Source: Akkermansiaceae bacterium
Lineage (GTDB): Bacteria > Verrucomicrobiota > Verrucomicrobiia > Verrucomicrobiales > Akkermansiaceae
Assembly: GCA_903826205.1 (NCBI GenBank)
Contig: CAIKDP010000025.1
Coordinates: 630-64,629, forward strand
Direction: 5' to 3'
Length of the DNA stretch: 64,000 nt
Each line of letters opens with the position of its first letter. Position 1 is the stretch's first letter. The notes beneath the pieces were generated by a model. The model saw nothing but the letters and a program-made list of their open reading frames with translations, searched no databases and was not told the DNA's origin. Positions 12,001 through 18,151 of the stretch are shown piece by piece. Position numbers and translations under genes: made by a program.

Positions 12001-13288
12001 GGCCGCCGAAAATGTTGGTCCCGCTGATGTTGTGCAGCGCGCCGGCGGCGCTGAGGCCTGTGCCATTGAGGGTGAGTGCTTCCGCTCCCACCGTGATGCC
12101 GCCCTGGATCTCCAAAGCCGCGCCCGCGTTGACCGTGGTGCCACCGGTGGCATTCCCCAACGCGGTGGCATGTTGAATATTGACGACACCCGCAGTGATG
12201 GTCAAAGCGCGGCTATAGGTATTGGCACCGCTCAAGGTCAGCTTGCCCGTGCCGACTTTGCTCCAGGCGGTGGTGCTGGTGCCGCTGCTGGAAATCACCC
12301 CGCTCAGCGTGAGATCGCCGGTGCCGCCCATGGTGGAGGAAGACCGCAAACTGCTGATCCTGCCGCTCAGACTGGCGGCTGTCCCGCTGTTGTTGAGCAG
12401 CGCGGAAGTGCTGCTGAAGGTGATTGTCTCGGCACCGATGCTCTGTCCGTTGAGGTCCAAGGTGCCGCCGCTGAGGGTCGTGCCACCCGTGGTGGATCCC
12501 AGCGCGCTGGCATTCCCGAGTTTCAGCAGGCCGGCGCTGATACTGGTCGTGCCGGTGTAGGTGTTGGCCCCGGAGAGCACCCAGGTTCCCGCACCCGACT
12601 TGGCCAGGCTCAACACCCCGCTGCCATTGTTGGCGATGATTCCGCTGATTGTGTTAGATGCCGTGCTGGTGCCGCTGAGAGTGAGCGTGCGCGACGTGGC
12701 AGTGCTGGCAGCCACGCCGTTCAAGATATTGAGCGCCGCGGTGTTGTCGTTATTGGCCCAGGTCTGGCTGGCGCTGAGTGCCAGCGCCACTTGCTGGCCG
12801 GTCGTGACGGATCCGATGGTGACCGCGCCCGTGCCGGACTTGGTGATGCCGCTGCCGGCCAGGGTGAGCGTCCGGTTGGTGCCGCCACCTTGTAACACCA
12901 GCGTGCCGCTGCTGGTGAATGACAAGCCCAGCGCGCTTTGCGCCGCATTCAGACTCACGGTTTGCGCCGTGTTGACCGTGGATATGTTAAACAGCGCGAT
13001 GTCCGCGCTGCCGGGCACGGCTCCGGGATCGGGCGTGGTTGCCCCGCCGGCCGTGGACCATGAGCCAACCGTATCCCAGCCAGTGCCGGAACCATCCCAG
13101 TAAATATCGGCCGCCATCGCCCCCGGCGACCCGAGCAGGGTGAGCGCGGCGAGCGAAAGCAAAGGTCCCCGCCGCAACGCCACACGACGTTGCTTGACGC
13201 CCTTCCGACGGCTGCCGACGGCTGCGCCGGCTTTAACGATCCATACTTCACGAGACGCGGCAACGAACGGATTGCGGATGATTTTCAT
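1..13288 (-). CDS. giant secreted autotransporter-associated beta-strand repeat protein (adhesin-like); 5' end complete, 3' end leaves the window (more than 4,429 codons here)
   Basis: ATG at 13288 (plus-strand CAT 13286-13288) opens MKIIRNPF...RRVALRRGPLLSLAALTLLGSPGAMAADIYWDGSGTGW, a signal-peptide-like N-terminus. Reverse-complement translation of several stretches gives repeated G-x-L-T-L-S/T-G-x-N-T-Y-T/S-G-x-T-x-I-x-x-G-T-L units, the autotransporter-associated beta-strand repeat (PATR/TIGR02601 type). No complete minus-strand ORF in this frame (end mod 3 = 1) appears in the track, consistent with one open frame that has no stop inside the window. Confidence 0.9.
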   Translation of the reverse strand, partial: MKIIRNPFVAASREVWIVKAGAAVGSRRKGVKQRRVALRRGPLLSLAALTLLGSPGAMAADIYWDGSGTGWDTVGSWSTAGGATTPDPGAVPGSADIALFNISTVNTAQTVSLNAAQSALGLSFTSSGTLVLQGGGTNRTLTLAGSGITKSGTGAVTIGSVTTGQQVALALSASQTWANNDNTAALNILNGVAASTATSRTLTLSGTSTASNTISGIIANNGSGVLSLAKSGAGTWVLSGANTYTGTTSISAGLLKLGNASALGSTTGGTTLSGGTLDLNGQSIGAETITFSSTSALLNNSGTAASLSGRISSLRSSSTMGGTGDLTLSGVISSSGTSTTAWSKVGTGKLTLSGANTYSRALTITAGVVNIQHATALGNATGGTTVNAGAALEIQGGITVGAEALTLNGTGLSAAGALHNISGTNIFGGLVRLGSATRINSDAGTLTLSNAGTIAGTYNLTLGGAGNTTINSIIGTGTGNLVMDGTGLLTLGGANTYTGVTTFTDGILSVATIGNGTVAGNLGKATNAAANLVFNGGTLRYTGANATTDRNFTINSGKVATFEVTANNLPISGASPAGTGGLAKTGAGTLTLTASQLYSGATTVSAGTLALGGAGAIADASAVTVSAGTFDISAITASGETIGSLTGAGGSSVVLGAKKLTTGDASDTGFAGVLSGAGGSLTKTGAGTLTLSGSNTYTGGTTLTTGALSVAASSALGLESNILTIGSGATLKAGDSFSTSRATTLGGVGAGVGGTIEVAAGKTLDYTSGSSLSGSGSLIKTGAGTLFLEGTNPFTGGLYIQAGTLAANSQEALGAVPSAGSSLYGLHLYDGATFQIQVGSWATYRQLELLGNLVGSGGVAKVDVSNNFTHQRNGLVTGAGKLDLVGTGTLILTGANTYSGGTLIENGVLQVNNGSSGSATGTGAVTVANGGTLSGLPTAPGYPGMSGSVSGTVTLQSGGRLLAGSGTTLTLGGLSLGGGALGTFQLGSLTATSLVNVTGSNLFTLPGSGISTLDIVNTGAMGVGTYHLFDYAGTALSGISNLALASTHSGLFNLSLVNNTSNTSIDLDVTAITQQWKKGGSNTNWSTAGNWWTSGVPDGVGAAALFLNNNSTAGFGTAEAVTLDGNKTVGSIILQNTGTAFTIGSSGQTLTLDDNGTLATINVLGAPVAANHVISAPLALADNLTVNVAAGTSGLDLGGAISGSGKTLTKTGSGPLTLSGSAANTYSGLTEVAGGTLNLNKTAGVNAIGSGGVQINSNTTAVLLASHQIADGATVIVNGTLALGTYSETIAMLAGGGAVTTGSGGVLTLSSAADSTFLGIISGAGGLAKAGSGTLTLNGTNTYTGGTAINAGILQVGADRNLGGPTANLTLGGGTLAFSAGFTSERNLTLNSGGGTLDNSGNSVTLTGLISGSGALTKTGTGTVLLTSANSYTGATTISNGILQISNASALGTTGAGTTIHAGGELELSGDGIVLNEAITLHGGSFCNGGGTNTYSGALTLTANSVLDADSTKLIITSGISQSGASYGLTKDGPGAVELRGTNTYTGETHVLAGTLSLSNGAAIVDTGAVILHNVAGTTLELNTSETIGSLSGGGASGGNVSLGSCTLTTGNASDTSFGGVISGSGFLVKAGSGTLTLSGSNTYTGGTTLTAGALSVAASSALGLESNDLTIGGGATLKAGDSFSTSRATTLGGTGGATSGGTFEVATGKTLAYSSSSVISGSGSLIKTGAGALAIGGVDSYTGGTYITAGTLVVNSGTALGPLPTLGTANYAVHISDGATIQLASNSWSTNRKLELVGGTANVDVTAGISIVRNGAIYGDGAMNLMGYGTLIINNNGSNANTYAGVTLIANGVLQVNNTGGSATGAGAVTVMSGGTLSGLTAQGGATGTTGSIAGTVEIQNAAKLLTLSGGTLTLGGLTLDAGSLGTFQLGAPTSTSLVKVTGSNLFTLPGSGTSTINIVNTGAMGTGTYHLFDYTGTAVTDLSTLALANLQSGLFNLSLVNNTVNTSIDLDVSAITQQWKKGGSNTNWSTAGNWWTSVIPNAAGAAAAFIDNNSSGGGTAFAATESVTLDASKTVGTLAFQNTGTAFTLSASSGQTLILDNNGVDASIQVLSAPATANHLISAPLSLLDDVTVDVGAGSHGLILSGVISGDQAVTKTGAGPLTLGGTAANTYGGVTEVAAGTLSLNKTAGVDAIGSGGLQIDSGATVTWLASNQIADAASVTVNGTLDLGVFSETFAGLGGGGAVTLGSGGLLTLNGDTDSTFLGSISGAGGIAKAGAGTLTLNGVNAYTGGTALNAGTLQVGEDVNLGGTASNLTFDGGTLAFSGSFTSARNILLNSGGGTLDSRGSGVTLTGVISGTGSLTKDGTGTVALNTANSYTGATVISYGILRIGNAAALGTSGAGTTIHAGGELELNGNGLTLNEALTLNGGSLCNCFGNNTYGGTLTLTNHSTLDADAGMLSITSAIGESGGAFGLIKNGPGTVELKGASTYTGSTTVQAGTLSLFNGAAISNSGAVVLLDVAGATLQLNASETIGSLAGGGSTGGNVVLGSTTLTTGDASDTSFSGVISGSGGFLIKTGTGTMTLSGSNTYTGGTTLSAGALRVANSSALGLESNILTIGGGATLKASDSFSTSRATTLGGAGSGVGGTIEVAAGKTLDYASGSGLSGSGSLIKTGAGTLMLEGTNPFTGGLYIQAGTLAANSQEALGAVPSAGSPLYGLHLYDGATFQTQVGSWSTYRQLELVGNLVGTGGVAKVDVTGSNTHQRDGVISGAGKLVLVGTGTLVLTAANTYTGGTLIGNGALQVANTSGSSATGTGAVTVANGGTLKGSATASSGFITGTVGLQSGGTLSASSGATLTLGGLTLGAGSLGTFQLGALTATSMVAITGSNAFILPSSSTSTLSIVNAGAMGVGTYRLFDYTGTAFTDISTLALADAHSGLFNLSLVNNTGNTSIDLSVTAITQQWKKGGSNTNWGNAANWWAGTVPDGSGANVLFLNNNGTAGFSSAEAVTLDASRTAGTIVFQNTTTAFTLSASSGQTLTLNNNGVNASIQVLSAPAAANHVMSASLILADNLTVDIAAGGFGLDLGGTLSGIDQTLTKTGAGPLTLSGTAANTYSGLTEVADGSLNLNKTAGVNAIGAGGLRIASGATVTLLGSHQIADGATVTVNGTLDLGTYSETIAVLAGGGAVTTGSGGVLTLSSATDATFLGILSGAGGLAKDGSGTLTLNGTNTYTGGTAIHAGTLRVGADHNLGGDGDVTFDGGALLFSGGFTSARNLTLNSGGGTLDTNGNAITVTGVIGGSGALTKNGGGTLTLSGTNTYTGATTLNGGVLGIASNANLGTVATGASLYLNGGGTLRATAGIALDNSGSNSRNIVVGSGGGTLETLTSGHTLTVSGIISGTGNLTAAGAGTLLLTGINTLNGAVTINAGSTLQQGNGGAGGSLSGTSGITNNGALIYNRSGTYLYSNIISGSGSFTKDGSSTLTLAGANTYSGATTISNGTLQIGDGVTDGSISNSSGITNTSALIYNVAVSDSFAQVISGTGTLTKSGAGTLTLSGSNTYTGVTTINGGALSLAADSGLGTAPETATAGRLVLGGGTLAATETFTLDGKRGITTGGALDVAAGKTLTYGGIAAGSGTLTKTGTGTLVLTGTNTYTGATTISSGTLQLGDGTTNGALAANAAITAIGALVYNVASSTTQIAAISLSGGGAVTKSGAGTLVFIGQSSFSGAVTIDAGTLQIGGVVVEGVTYNGSLGNAASITNNGTLVNKNNISASTFSRTLGGTGAFVMDAGSANTLTLSGANTYGGATTVASGTLKLGSSTALGTTATGTTVAPGAVLDLLGQTLGAEALTLSGTGISSGGALINSDGTAASLSGNIALAAHSSVGGVGQMTLSGVISGSDMDLTKVGAGALTLSNTNTYTGTTALSAGTLNITGSLASGSNVTVASGTTLMGTGTIGGSVTVASAGIITAGNGTSGTLTLGGGLTFDGAGSIHIGTLGNYTGTTAKALGVTGALTLNGGAGAVTLALPSGAVDNGTYHLLSYGGTFSNPTGFSFTGAVPNNNTLRQHGELSNDTTNLRIDYVVTGDNPVWSGAHGGIWTTGTTGEVGATPSWATESGHAATDFWLSDNAEFNDTVQIGAVSSAPSTTSVSIDGSVNAGSILFDNSALDYTVTGSTPSDKITGGAVVKTGSGKLTITNANSYSDGTTLNAGVLQVGNDSALGTGILTLNGGTLSSDSTAAHELANNLVIGGDVTLGNATHTGVLTFSGTVDLDGSTHQITAASDVMLTGILSGTNGGLSKAGTGTLTLSGANTFTSDVNLSAGTLAITSSSSLGAPGSMLTFTGTSTLRADAGVSVSRNYVINSGVTATIDTNGHDLTNAGIVTGSGALTKINSGIFTLTGVNTYTGTTTISGGTLRIGDGATDG
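2400..11500 (-). repeat. about three tandem, diverged ~2.84-kb intragenic modules inside the giant gene
   Basis: Homologous shadow ORFs recur at 3324/6156/9000, 4221/7053/~9900, 5316/8160/11004 (weaker at 2406) and 5514/8361/11202, a period of about 2,832-2,844 bp. Their translations are roughly 70-80% alike, so the copies are diverged rather than recent. Confidence 0.8.
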
Positions 13289-13410
13289 GCAATAACAACC
13301 ATACGGCGGCTTTCTGTTAGACGAACCGGGGATGCATATCTCTATGCGGTGGGTTTCAGATGCCGCAAGCAACCCTATTCCCCCTCCCTCTGCAAGGGTT
13401 AATTTGCAAT

Positions 13411-13442
13411 TTTTGCAGGGCAGGATGTGCAGACCTGCAAAA
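13411..13442. promoter_or_regulatory. perfect 9-bp inverted repeat TTTTGCAGG-N14-CCTGCAAAA in the divergent promoter region between the giant gene and the next gene
   Basis: Read directly: TTTTGCAGG at 13411-13419 and CCTGCAAAA at 13434-13442, embedded in a run of TGCA-containing words. Function unknown. Confidence 0.3.
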
Positions 13443-13587
13443 TGCCTCTTTATCATCCTGCCGCAGCCTCGTCCTTGCCCGTAAAGACACGCCTTCAACG
13501 CGGATCCCCTACCCTGCTCTCACAAATCTTTGCATTCCGGGCGCACCCGTGGCAGGATTCGTGCGCTCCCATCATGTTTTTCACTCC

Positions 13588-15324
13588 ATGATCCGCAATT
13601 TACTCGAAGCCATCCATGACTGCTGGGCCAATCTCCAGGCCTGGGCCCGCGGCCTGATTCTGTTGGCAGGGGTGGCGGCGGTCGGCTTCCTTGCCGTGAG
13701 TGGCCCATTCCAACGGTTCAAAGTCTGGCGGATGGAACGGAATTTGCAGGCGGCACAGGCGGCGGTGGCGGCGTCGAGCATGCAGGACGCGCGCGATCTC
13801 TCACTGACCGTGCTGCGAGCCAACGATTCCTGCATCGAGGCATACCGGATTCTGGAAAAGGCGACCGCCTCCCTGCGTGACCCGTGGCACAATGAGATTG
13901 CCCGCGCCCTGTTGTCCCATCCGCAAAGTACCGATGCGGATCGCTTGACCGCCTTTCGCGGTATCGCCCAGGAGGTGCCCCTCGGGTTGCTCACCCAGGC
14001 CTGGAGCCTGCTGCCGGACCCGTGCCGCACGGATCTGCGCTTTGTCACGGTGTTTGCCGATCGCATGATTGCGGAGCGCCGCTTCAAAGAGGCGACCTTG
14101 GTGCTGCTGGCGCTGCCCAAGGAGGCACGCAGCCAGGCGGTGGACCAGCGCTTGATCCGGATCCTGATTGGCAGCGGCAAACCTGAAGGGTACGACGAAG
14201 CCCAACGCAGGCTTGCCAGTGACTTTCCGGCCATCGGTGAGAACTTCGCCGATTGGCTGGACCTGCTCGAGGCCATCCCGGTGGCAGCCTTGCAGCCAAC
14301 CCCGCTGGAGCCGCTCCGCAAACGGTTAGAGAACCCGCCATCCGGTCAGGCGGCCCGCGCGGCCTTGATGCTGGTGCGGTTGGATTATGCCACCCACGAC
14401 TCCAAACGCGCGACGCTGGTCGAGGACGCCATCCGCAACTGGAAAGACCGTGACCCGGAAGCCCTGGCCCGTTTCCTCGGTGATCTCGGACTCTATCAAC
14501 TGCTCCTGGAAACTTTCCCGCTGGCACGGCTTGAACAGCATCCGGGGTTGTTGCCACAACTCCTCGAGGCCATCGAACGCAGCGGCGCATGGCCGCAGGC
14601 GGCTCCATTGTTAGATTCGCACGGCAAGCTGCTGCCGAAGTTCGAGGAACTGGCCCACCGTGCGATGGCGGCGGCAAAAACCGGCGATGGCCCGGCCCAG
14701 GTCCTGGCCTGGAGCGAGGCCAGAGGCGAGGCGAAATCCAGCCCGCGGGCGGACGCCTTTCTCACGCTCCACCGGATCGCGCGGGGCGCGGCGATGGATA
14801 AAGAGGCCGAGCAGGCGCTGGTGGAGGCCATCCGCTGCGGGCGCGGCCCGCTGCCGCTCTACACGGATCTCAAACCGTTGCTCACTTCGCTGGCGCGGCA
14901 GGGCAAGGACAAGATCCTGCTGGAAATTTGCGCGATCTATCTGCCTTTTGAATCCAACAATCCGGTGTTGATCACCCAACTGGCCTACCTTGCCTGCCTC
15001 AACCAGTTGCTCGAACCCAAGACGGTACTGGTGGCCATGGAACATCTGGCCAAGGGGTTTCCCAAGGAAGTGCCCATCCAATGCGTGCTGGCCACCGCCT
15101 ACCTGTGTGACAACCAAGCCACCCAGGCGGCGGCCACGCTGGACCGTCTGCCATTGGACCCCGCCAAACTCTCCCCGGGATACCAGGCGGCGTATCTAAC
15201 CATCCAAGCGCTCAATGGCCGCATCGACAGGGAGGATCCGCGCCTCACCGGCCTGCCGTGGAATTCCCTGCTGCCTTGCGAACGTAAAAAATTCGGTGAA
15301 TTGCTCCGCGCGGCCCACCCCTAG
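13588..15324 (+). CDS. hypothetical membrane-anchored, alpha-helical repeat protein
   Basis: ORF 13360-15324. I prefer the ATG at 13588 (MIRNLLEAIHDCW...) because a hydrophobic anchor GLILLAGVAAVGFLAVSG follows it and the upstream 76 codons look non-coding. The rest is Leu/Ala-rich and helical with no family I can name. Confidence 0.6.
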   Translation: MIRNLLEAIHDCWANLQAWARGLILLAGVAAVGFLAVSGPFQRFKVWRMERNLQAAQAAVAASSMQDARDLSLTVLRANDSCIEAYRILEKATASLRDPWHNEIARALLSHPQSTDADRLTAFRGIAQEVPLGLLTQAWSLLPDPCRTDLRFVTVFADRMIAERRFKEATLVLLALPKEARSQAVDQRLIRILIGSGKPEGYDEAQRRLASDFPAIGENFADWLDLLEAIPVAALQPTPLEPLRKRLENPPSGQAARAALMLVRLDYATHDSKRATLVEDAIRNWKDRDPEALARFLGDLGLYQLLLETFPLARLEQHPGLLPQLLEAIERSGAWPQAAPLLDSHGKLLPKFEELAHRAMAAAKTGDGPAQVLAWSEARGEAKSSPRADAFLTLHRIARGAAMDKEAEQALVEAIRCGRGPLPLYTDLKPLLTSLARQGKDKILLEICAIYLPFESNNPVLITQLAYLACLNQLLEPKTVLVAMEHLAKGFPKEVPIQCVLATAYLCDNQATQAAATLDRLPLDPAKLSPGYQAAYLTIQALNGRIDREDPRLTGLPWNSLLPCERKKFGELLRAAHP

Positions 15325-15394
15325 GCAAAGGATCAGCGGCCTTTCCACAGGATCGCGCTTCCAAAGCGGCGGCGTTCGCGCTACGCATGAGCCC

Positions 15395-16459
15395 GTGCTC
15401 CACTCCCTCCGGTTGCTGAACTTCCGCTGCTTTGAGTCGCTGGCCATTGAGGTGCCGGCGGCGGGAGCCGTGTTTGTCGGCAACAACGCCCAAGGTAAAA
15501 CCTCAATCCTGGAGGCCCTCTGCGTGTTGATCAGACTCCAGTCGCCGCGCAGCCGGCGCCTGGCCACGCTGGTGCGCCGCGGCTGCGATGGCTTCGGCGT
15601 GGCGGGCGACCCATGGCAGCAAGACCGCCAGGTGCGTGCCTCCCGCAACGGCCTGAAACTCAAAGTGGACGCTGACCCGCGCCCGAGCCAAGGCAGCTAC
15701 CTCAGTGACGGCGGCCTGGTCGTCTGGATGGGCAATGAGGACCTCGACCTCATCCGCGGCCCCGGTGAAGAGCGCCGGCGCTATCTCGACTTCCTCGGCA
15801 CCCAACTCGACCCCGACTACCGCCGCGCCTGGTCGCGCTACCGCCGCGCGCTGCGGGCGAAAAACTTGTTACTCAAGGATGGCCGTCCGCGGGATGCCGA
15901 AATGTTGGCCTACGAGGAAATCCTGGTGACCAGCGGCAGCCACTTGATGGAAGCGCGGACGCGCTTTGTGGCGCAACTCGGCCCGCTCACCGCCGCGGCC
16001 CAAGGCAATATCAGCGGCACCGAGGAAGCCCTCACCCTGCACTATCTTCCCGCCAGCGGTCCGGATTTGCGCGAGGCCATGAGCCAAGCCCGCGAGCGCG
16101 AATCGCGCCTGCGCCAGGCGGTCGTGGGTCCGCATCGCGACGACCTCGGGCTGCGGCTCCACGGCCAACCCGCCGGCGATTTTGCCAGTGAAGGCCAACT
16201 GCGCACCATCGCCCTGGCACTCAAACTCGCCCAAGGCCAACTCCTCGAACAACGCCACGGCCGGCATCCGATCTATCTGATGGATGACATCTTCGGCGAA
16301 CTCGACCCCGGCCGCCGCAACGCGCTGATGAACCAAGTGCCCGCGGTGGCGCAGAAATGGATCACCACCACCCATCTCGACTGGCTCGAGGAGACGCCGT
16401 CCGTGACGGCCATCGCGCGTTTCCGCGTGGCGGATGGGACCGTGAGCGGCGGTCTGTGA
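15395..16459 (+). CDS. recF: DNA replication and repair protein RecF
   Basis: An in-frame GTG at 15395 gives MLHSLRLLNFRCFE, the classic RecF N-terminus. Walker A is GNNAQGKTSILEAL and the C-terminal motif is YLMDDIFGELDPGRRNAL. The longer track ORF (15215) overlaps the upstream gene. Confidence 0.9.
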   Translation: MLHSLRLLNFRCFESLAIEVPAAGAVFVGNNAQGKTSILEALCVLIRLQSPRSRRLATLVRRGCDGFGVAGDPWQQDRQVRASRNGLKLKVDADPRPSQGSYLSDGGLVVWMGNEDLDLIRGPGEERRRYLDFLGTQLDPDYRRAWSRYRRALRAKNLLLKDGRPRDAEMLAYEEILVTSGSHLMEARTRFVAQLGPLTAAAQGNISGTEEALTLHYLPASGPDLREAMSQARERESRLRQAVVGPHRDDLGLRLHGQPAGDFASEGQLRTIALALKLAQGQLLEQRHGRHPIYLMDDIFGELDPGRRNALMNQVPAVAQKWITTTHLDWLEETPSVTAIARFRVADGTVSGGL

Positions 16460-16534
16460 TCGACGGAGAGTTTCTTGATGCAATAGTATTGGATCCGTCG
16501 CGGAAGAAATCCTTGATGATGGCCAAAACACCGC

Positions 16535-17797
16535 TTACGGCGCTTTGCGCAACGCGGCGAGGCGTTGCAGCAGCGGTGGATGCGAATAATCCAGCCACAC
16601 CCGCAAGGCAGCTGGGGCGGGGTGCGACAGGTGATCGACGGAGAGTTTCTTGAGCGCCTCGCCGAGGGCGCCGCCGTTGCCGGTGACCTTGGCGGCATAG
16701 GCGTCGGCCTCGAACTCGTGCTTGCGCGACCATGCGTTGGCGAGCGCGCCTAACAACTTGCTGACGGGTTCGAGCAGGATCATGAAGAGGACGAGCCCGA
16801 CATGGGGCGAGATGGTGGGCACACCGAAGGCATCGAAGAGGACGCGGGCGAAGGCGCCATGCGGGGCGGTGGCCAAGCCTAACAGAAAGAAGATAACGGC
16901 GCTTTGCAGGACGCCCACTGCGAGCCGTTGTTTGATGTGGCCGCAGCGGAAGTGGCCGATCTCATGGGCCAGCACGCCGAGCAACTCGTCGGTGCTGCTT
17001 TTTTCCAGCAAGGTGTCGAAGAGCGCGATTTTCTTGCGTTTGCCCAGGCCGGTGAAGAAGGCGTTGGCCTTGGTCGAGCGCTTCGAGCCGTCCATGACAA
17101 ACACGCCTGACAAGGGGAACTGGCAGCGTTCGCCCAGCGCCTCGATCGCCAGTTTGAGTTCACCCTCCGGCATCGGGGTGAACTTGTTGAAGAGCGGCAG
17201 AATCCACGACGGCGCAAGATAGGTTAGAATGAGTTGGAAGGTGGTCACCACCGCCCAGGCCCACAGCCAGGCGTGGGCGATGTTGCCAAAAATCCACAAC
17301 ACGGCGGCCAGCAACGGCAGGCCGAGCACGGCGGCCAGCAGCAAGCCCTTGAGGCGGTCGAGAATGAAGGTGCGCGGCGTGGCGCGGTTGAAGCCGAAGC
17401 CCTGCTCGATGACAAAGGTGTCGTACACATCAAAGGGCAGGCCGAGCAGGCTTTGCCCCATGGCTAACAAGGAAAGGAAAACCAGCCCCGCGGTCAACTC
17501 CGAGGAGGTCCACGCGCGTGCCAACCCGTCGAGCCAAGCGAAGCCGCCAAGGCCCCAGAACAGCAGCAACACGGTCAGTGAGAAACTCGATTGCAGGATG
17601 CCGAAGCGGGCGTTGACGCGCAGGTAGTCGCGCGCCTTGTCGAGCTTTTCGGCGCTCATGAGGTCGGCGAGGTCCGGCGGGACGCTGGCGGGGAAGCTCT
17701 TGAGGTTGAGCAAGGTGGCGGCCAGTTCCAGCTTCCACAGCGCAAACACGCCGATCACAATGATCACAGTCATGAAATTCCAATCGCTCATCGGCAT
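16535..17797 (-). CDS. M48 family zinc metalloprotease (Ste24/HtpX-like), multi-pass membrane protein
   Basis: ATG at 17797. Several hydrophobic segments, the HEIGHF zinc motif and a downstream EFEADAYA glutamate region. Confidence 0.9.
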   Translation of the reverse strand: MPMSDWNFMTVIIVIGVFALWKLELAATLLNLKSFPASVPPDLADLMSAEKLDKARDYLRVNARFGILQSSFSLTVLLLFWGLGGFAWLDGLARAWTSSELTAGLVFLSLLAMGQSLLGLPFDVYDTFVIEQGFGFNRATPRTFILDRLKGLLLAAVLGLPLLAAVLWIFGNIAHAWLWAWAVVTTFQLILTYLAPSWILPLFNKFTPMPEGELKLAIEALGERCQFPLSGVFVMDGSKRSTKANAFFTGLGKRKKIALFDTLLEKSSTDELLGVLAHEIGHFRCGHIKQRLAVGVLQSAVIFFLLGLATAPHGAFARVLFDAFGVPTISPHVGLVLFMILLEPVSKLLGALANAWSRKHEFEADAYAAKVTGNGGALGEALKKLSVDHLSHPAPAALRVWLDYSHPPLLQRLAALRKAP

Positions 17798-17878
17798 CGA
17801 TCATGCATGGATCGGACCGCTGGGCAAGCCTCGATGCAACTCCACACAGGCGCGCGGGTGACAGCACGGGCGGACGCT

Positions 17879-18107
17879 TAAGGAGCGGGGACATTCTTGT
17901 CCTCGTCTTCTCTTTTGCATCTCCGGTGCGAAGAAACGACAGGAATGTCGTTACTCCTTAAGGAGCGGGGACATTCTTGTCCGCGTCTTCTCTTTTGCAT
18001 CTCCGGTGCGAAGAAACGACAGGAATGTCGTTACTCCTTAAGGAGCGGGGACATTCTTGTCCTCGTCTTCTCTTTTGCATCTCCGGTGCGAAGAAACGAC
18101 AGGAATT
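17879..18107 (+). repeat. tandem array (2.9 copies) of an 80-bp element with palindromic ends
   Basis: TTAAGG unit starts at 17879, 17959 and 18039, an exact 80-bp period. Units differ by one base (tcctcg vs tccgcg) and the third is truncated after ...gacaggaat. Each unit contains hairpins GGGGACA-TTCT-TGTCCTC and AACGACA-GGA-TGTCGTT. Unit junctions form the 12-bp palindrome CTCCTTAAGGAG. Confidence 0.9.
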
Positions 18108-18151
18108 GAGGCGGCGTTGGAATGCGCCATATCGCAATCTAACGAATGCGC

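Noticed and set aside
152-13103. Dozens of plus-strand ORFs (60-320 aa, rich in P/V/A/R or G/A/R) listed across the first 13 kb
   Set aside because: They are antisense or off-frame shadows of the single minus-strand giant gene. Their translations are low-complexity, they overlap one another in different frames, and the minus strand translates cleanly into PATR repeats.
1-13288. Possible alternative genetic code or stop-codon reassignment, suggested because no long minus-strand ORF is listed and TAA/TAG-containing words (CTAAC) are frequent
   Set aside because: In every case I translated, the CTAAC words fall in frame as CTA-ACN or TCT-AAC. The giant ORF is missing from the track only because it has no stop codon inside the window. 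All other genes are intact under the standard code.
17879-18107. CRISPR array
   Set aside because: The 80-bp units abut directly with no unique spacers. The unit is too long, there are only 2.9 copies, and no cas genes are nearby.
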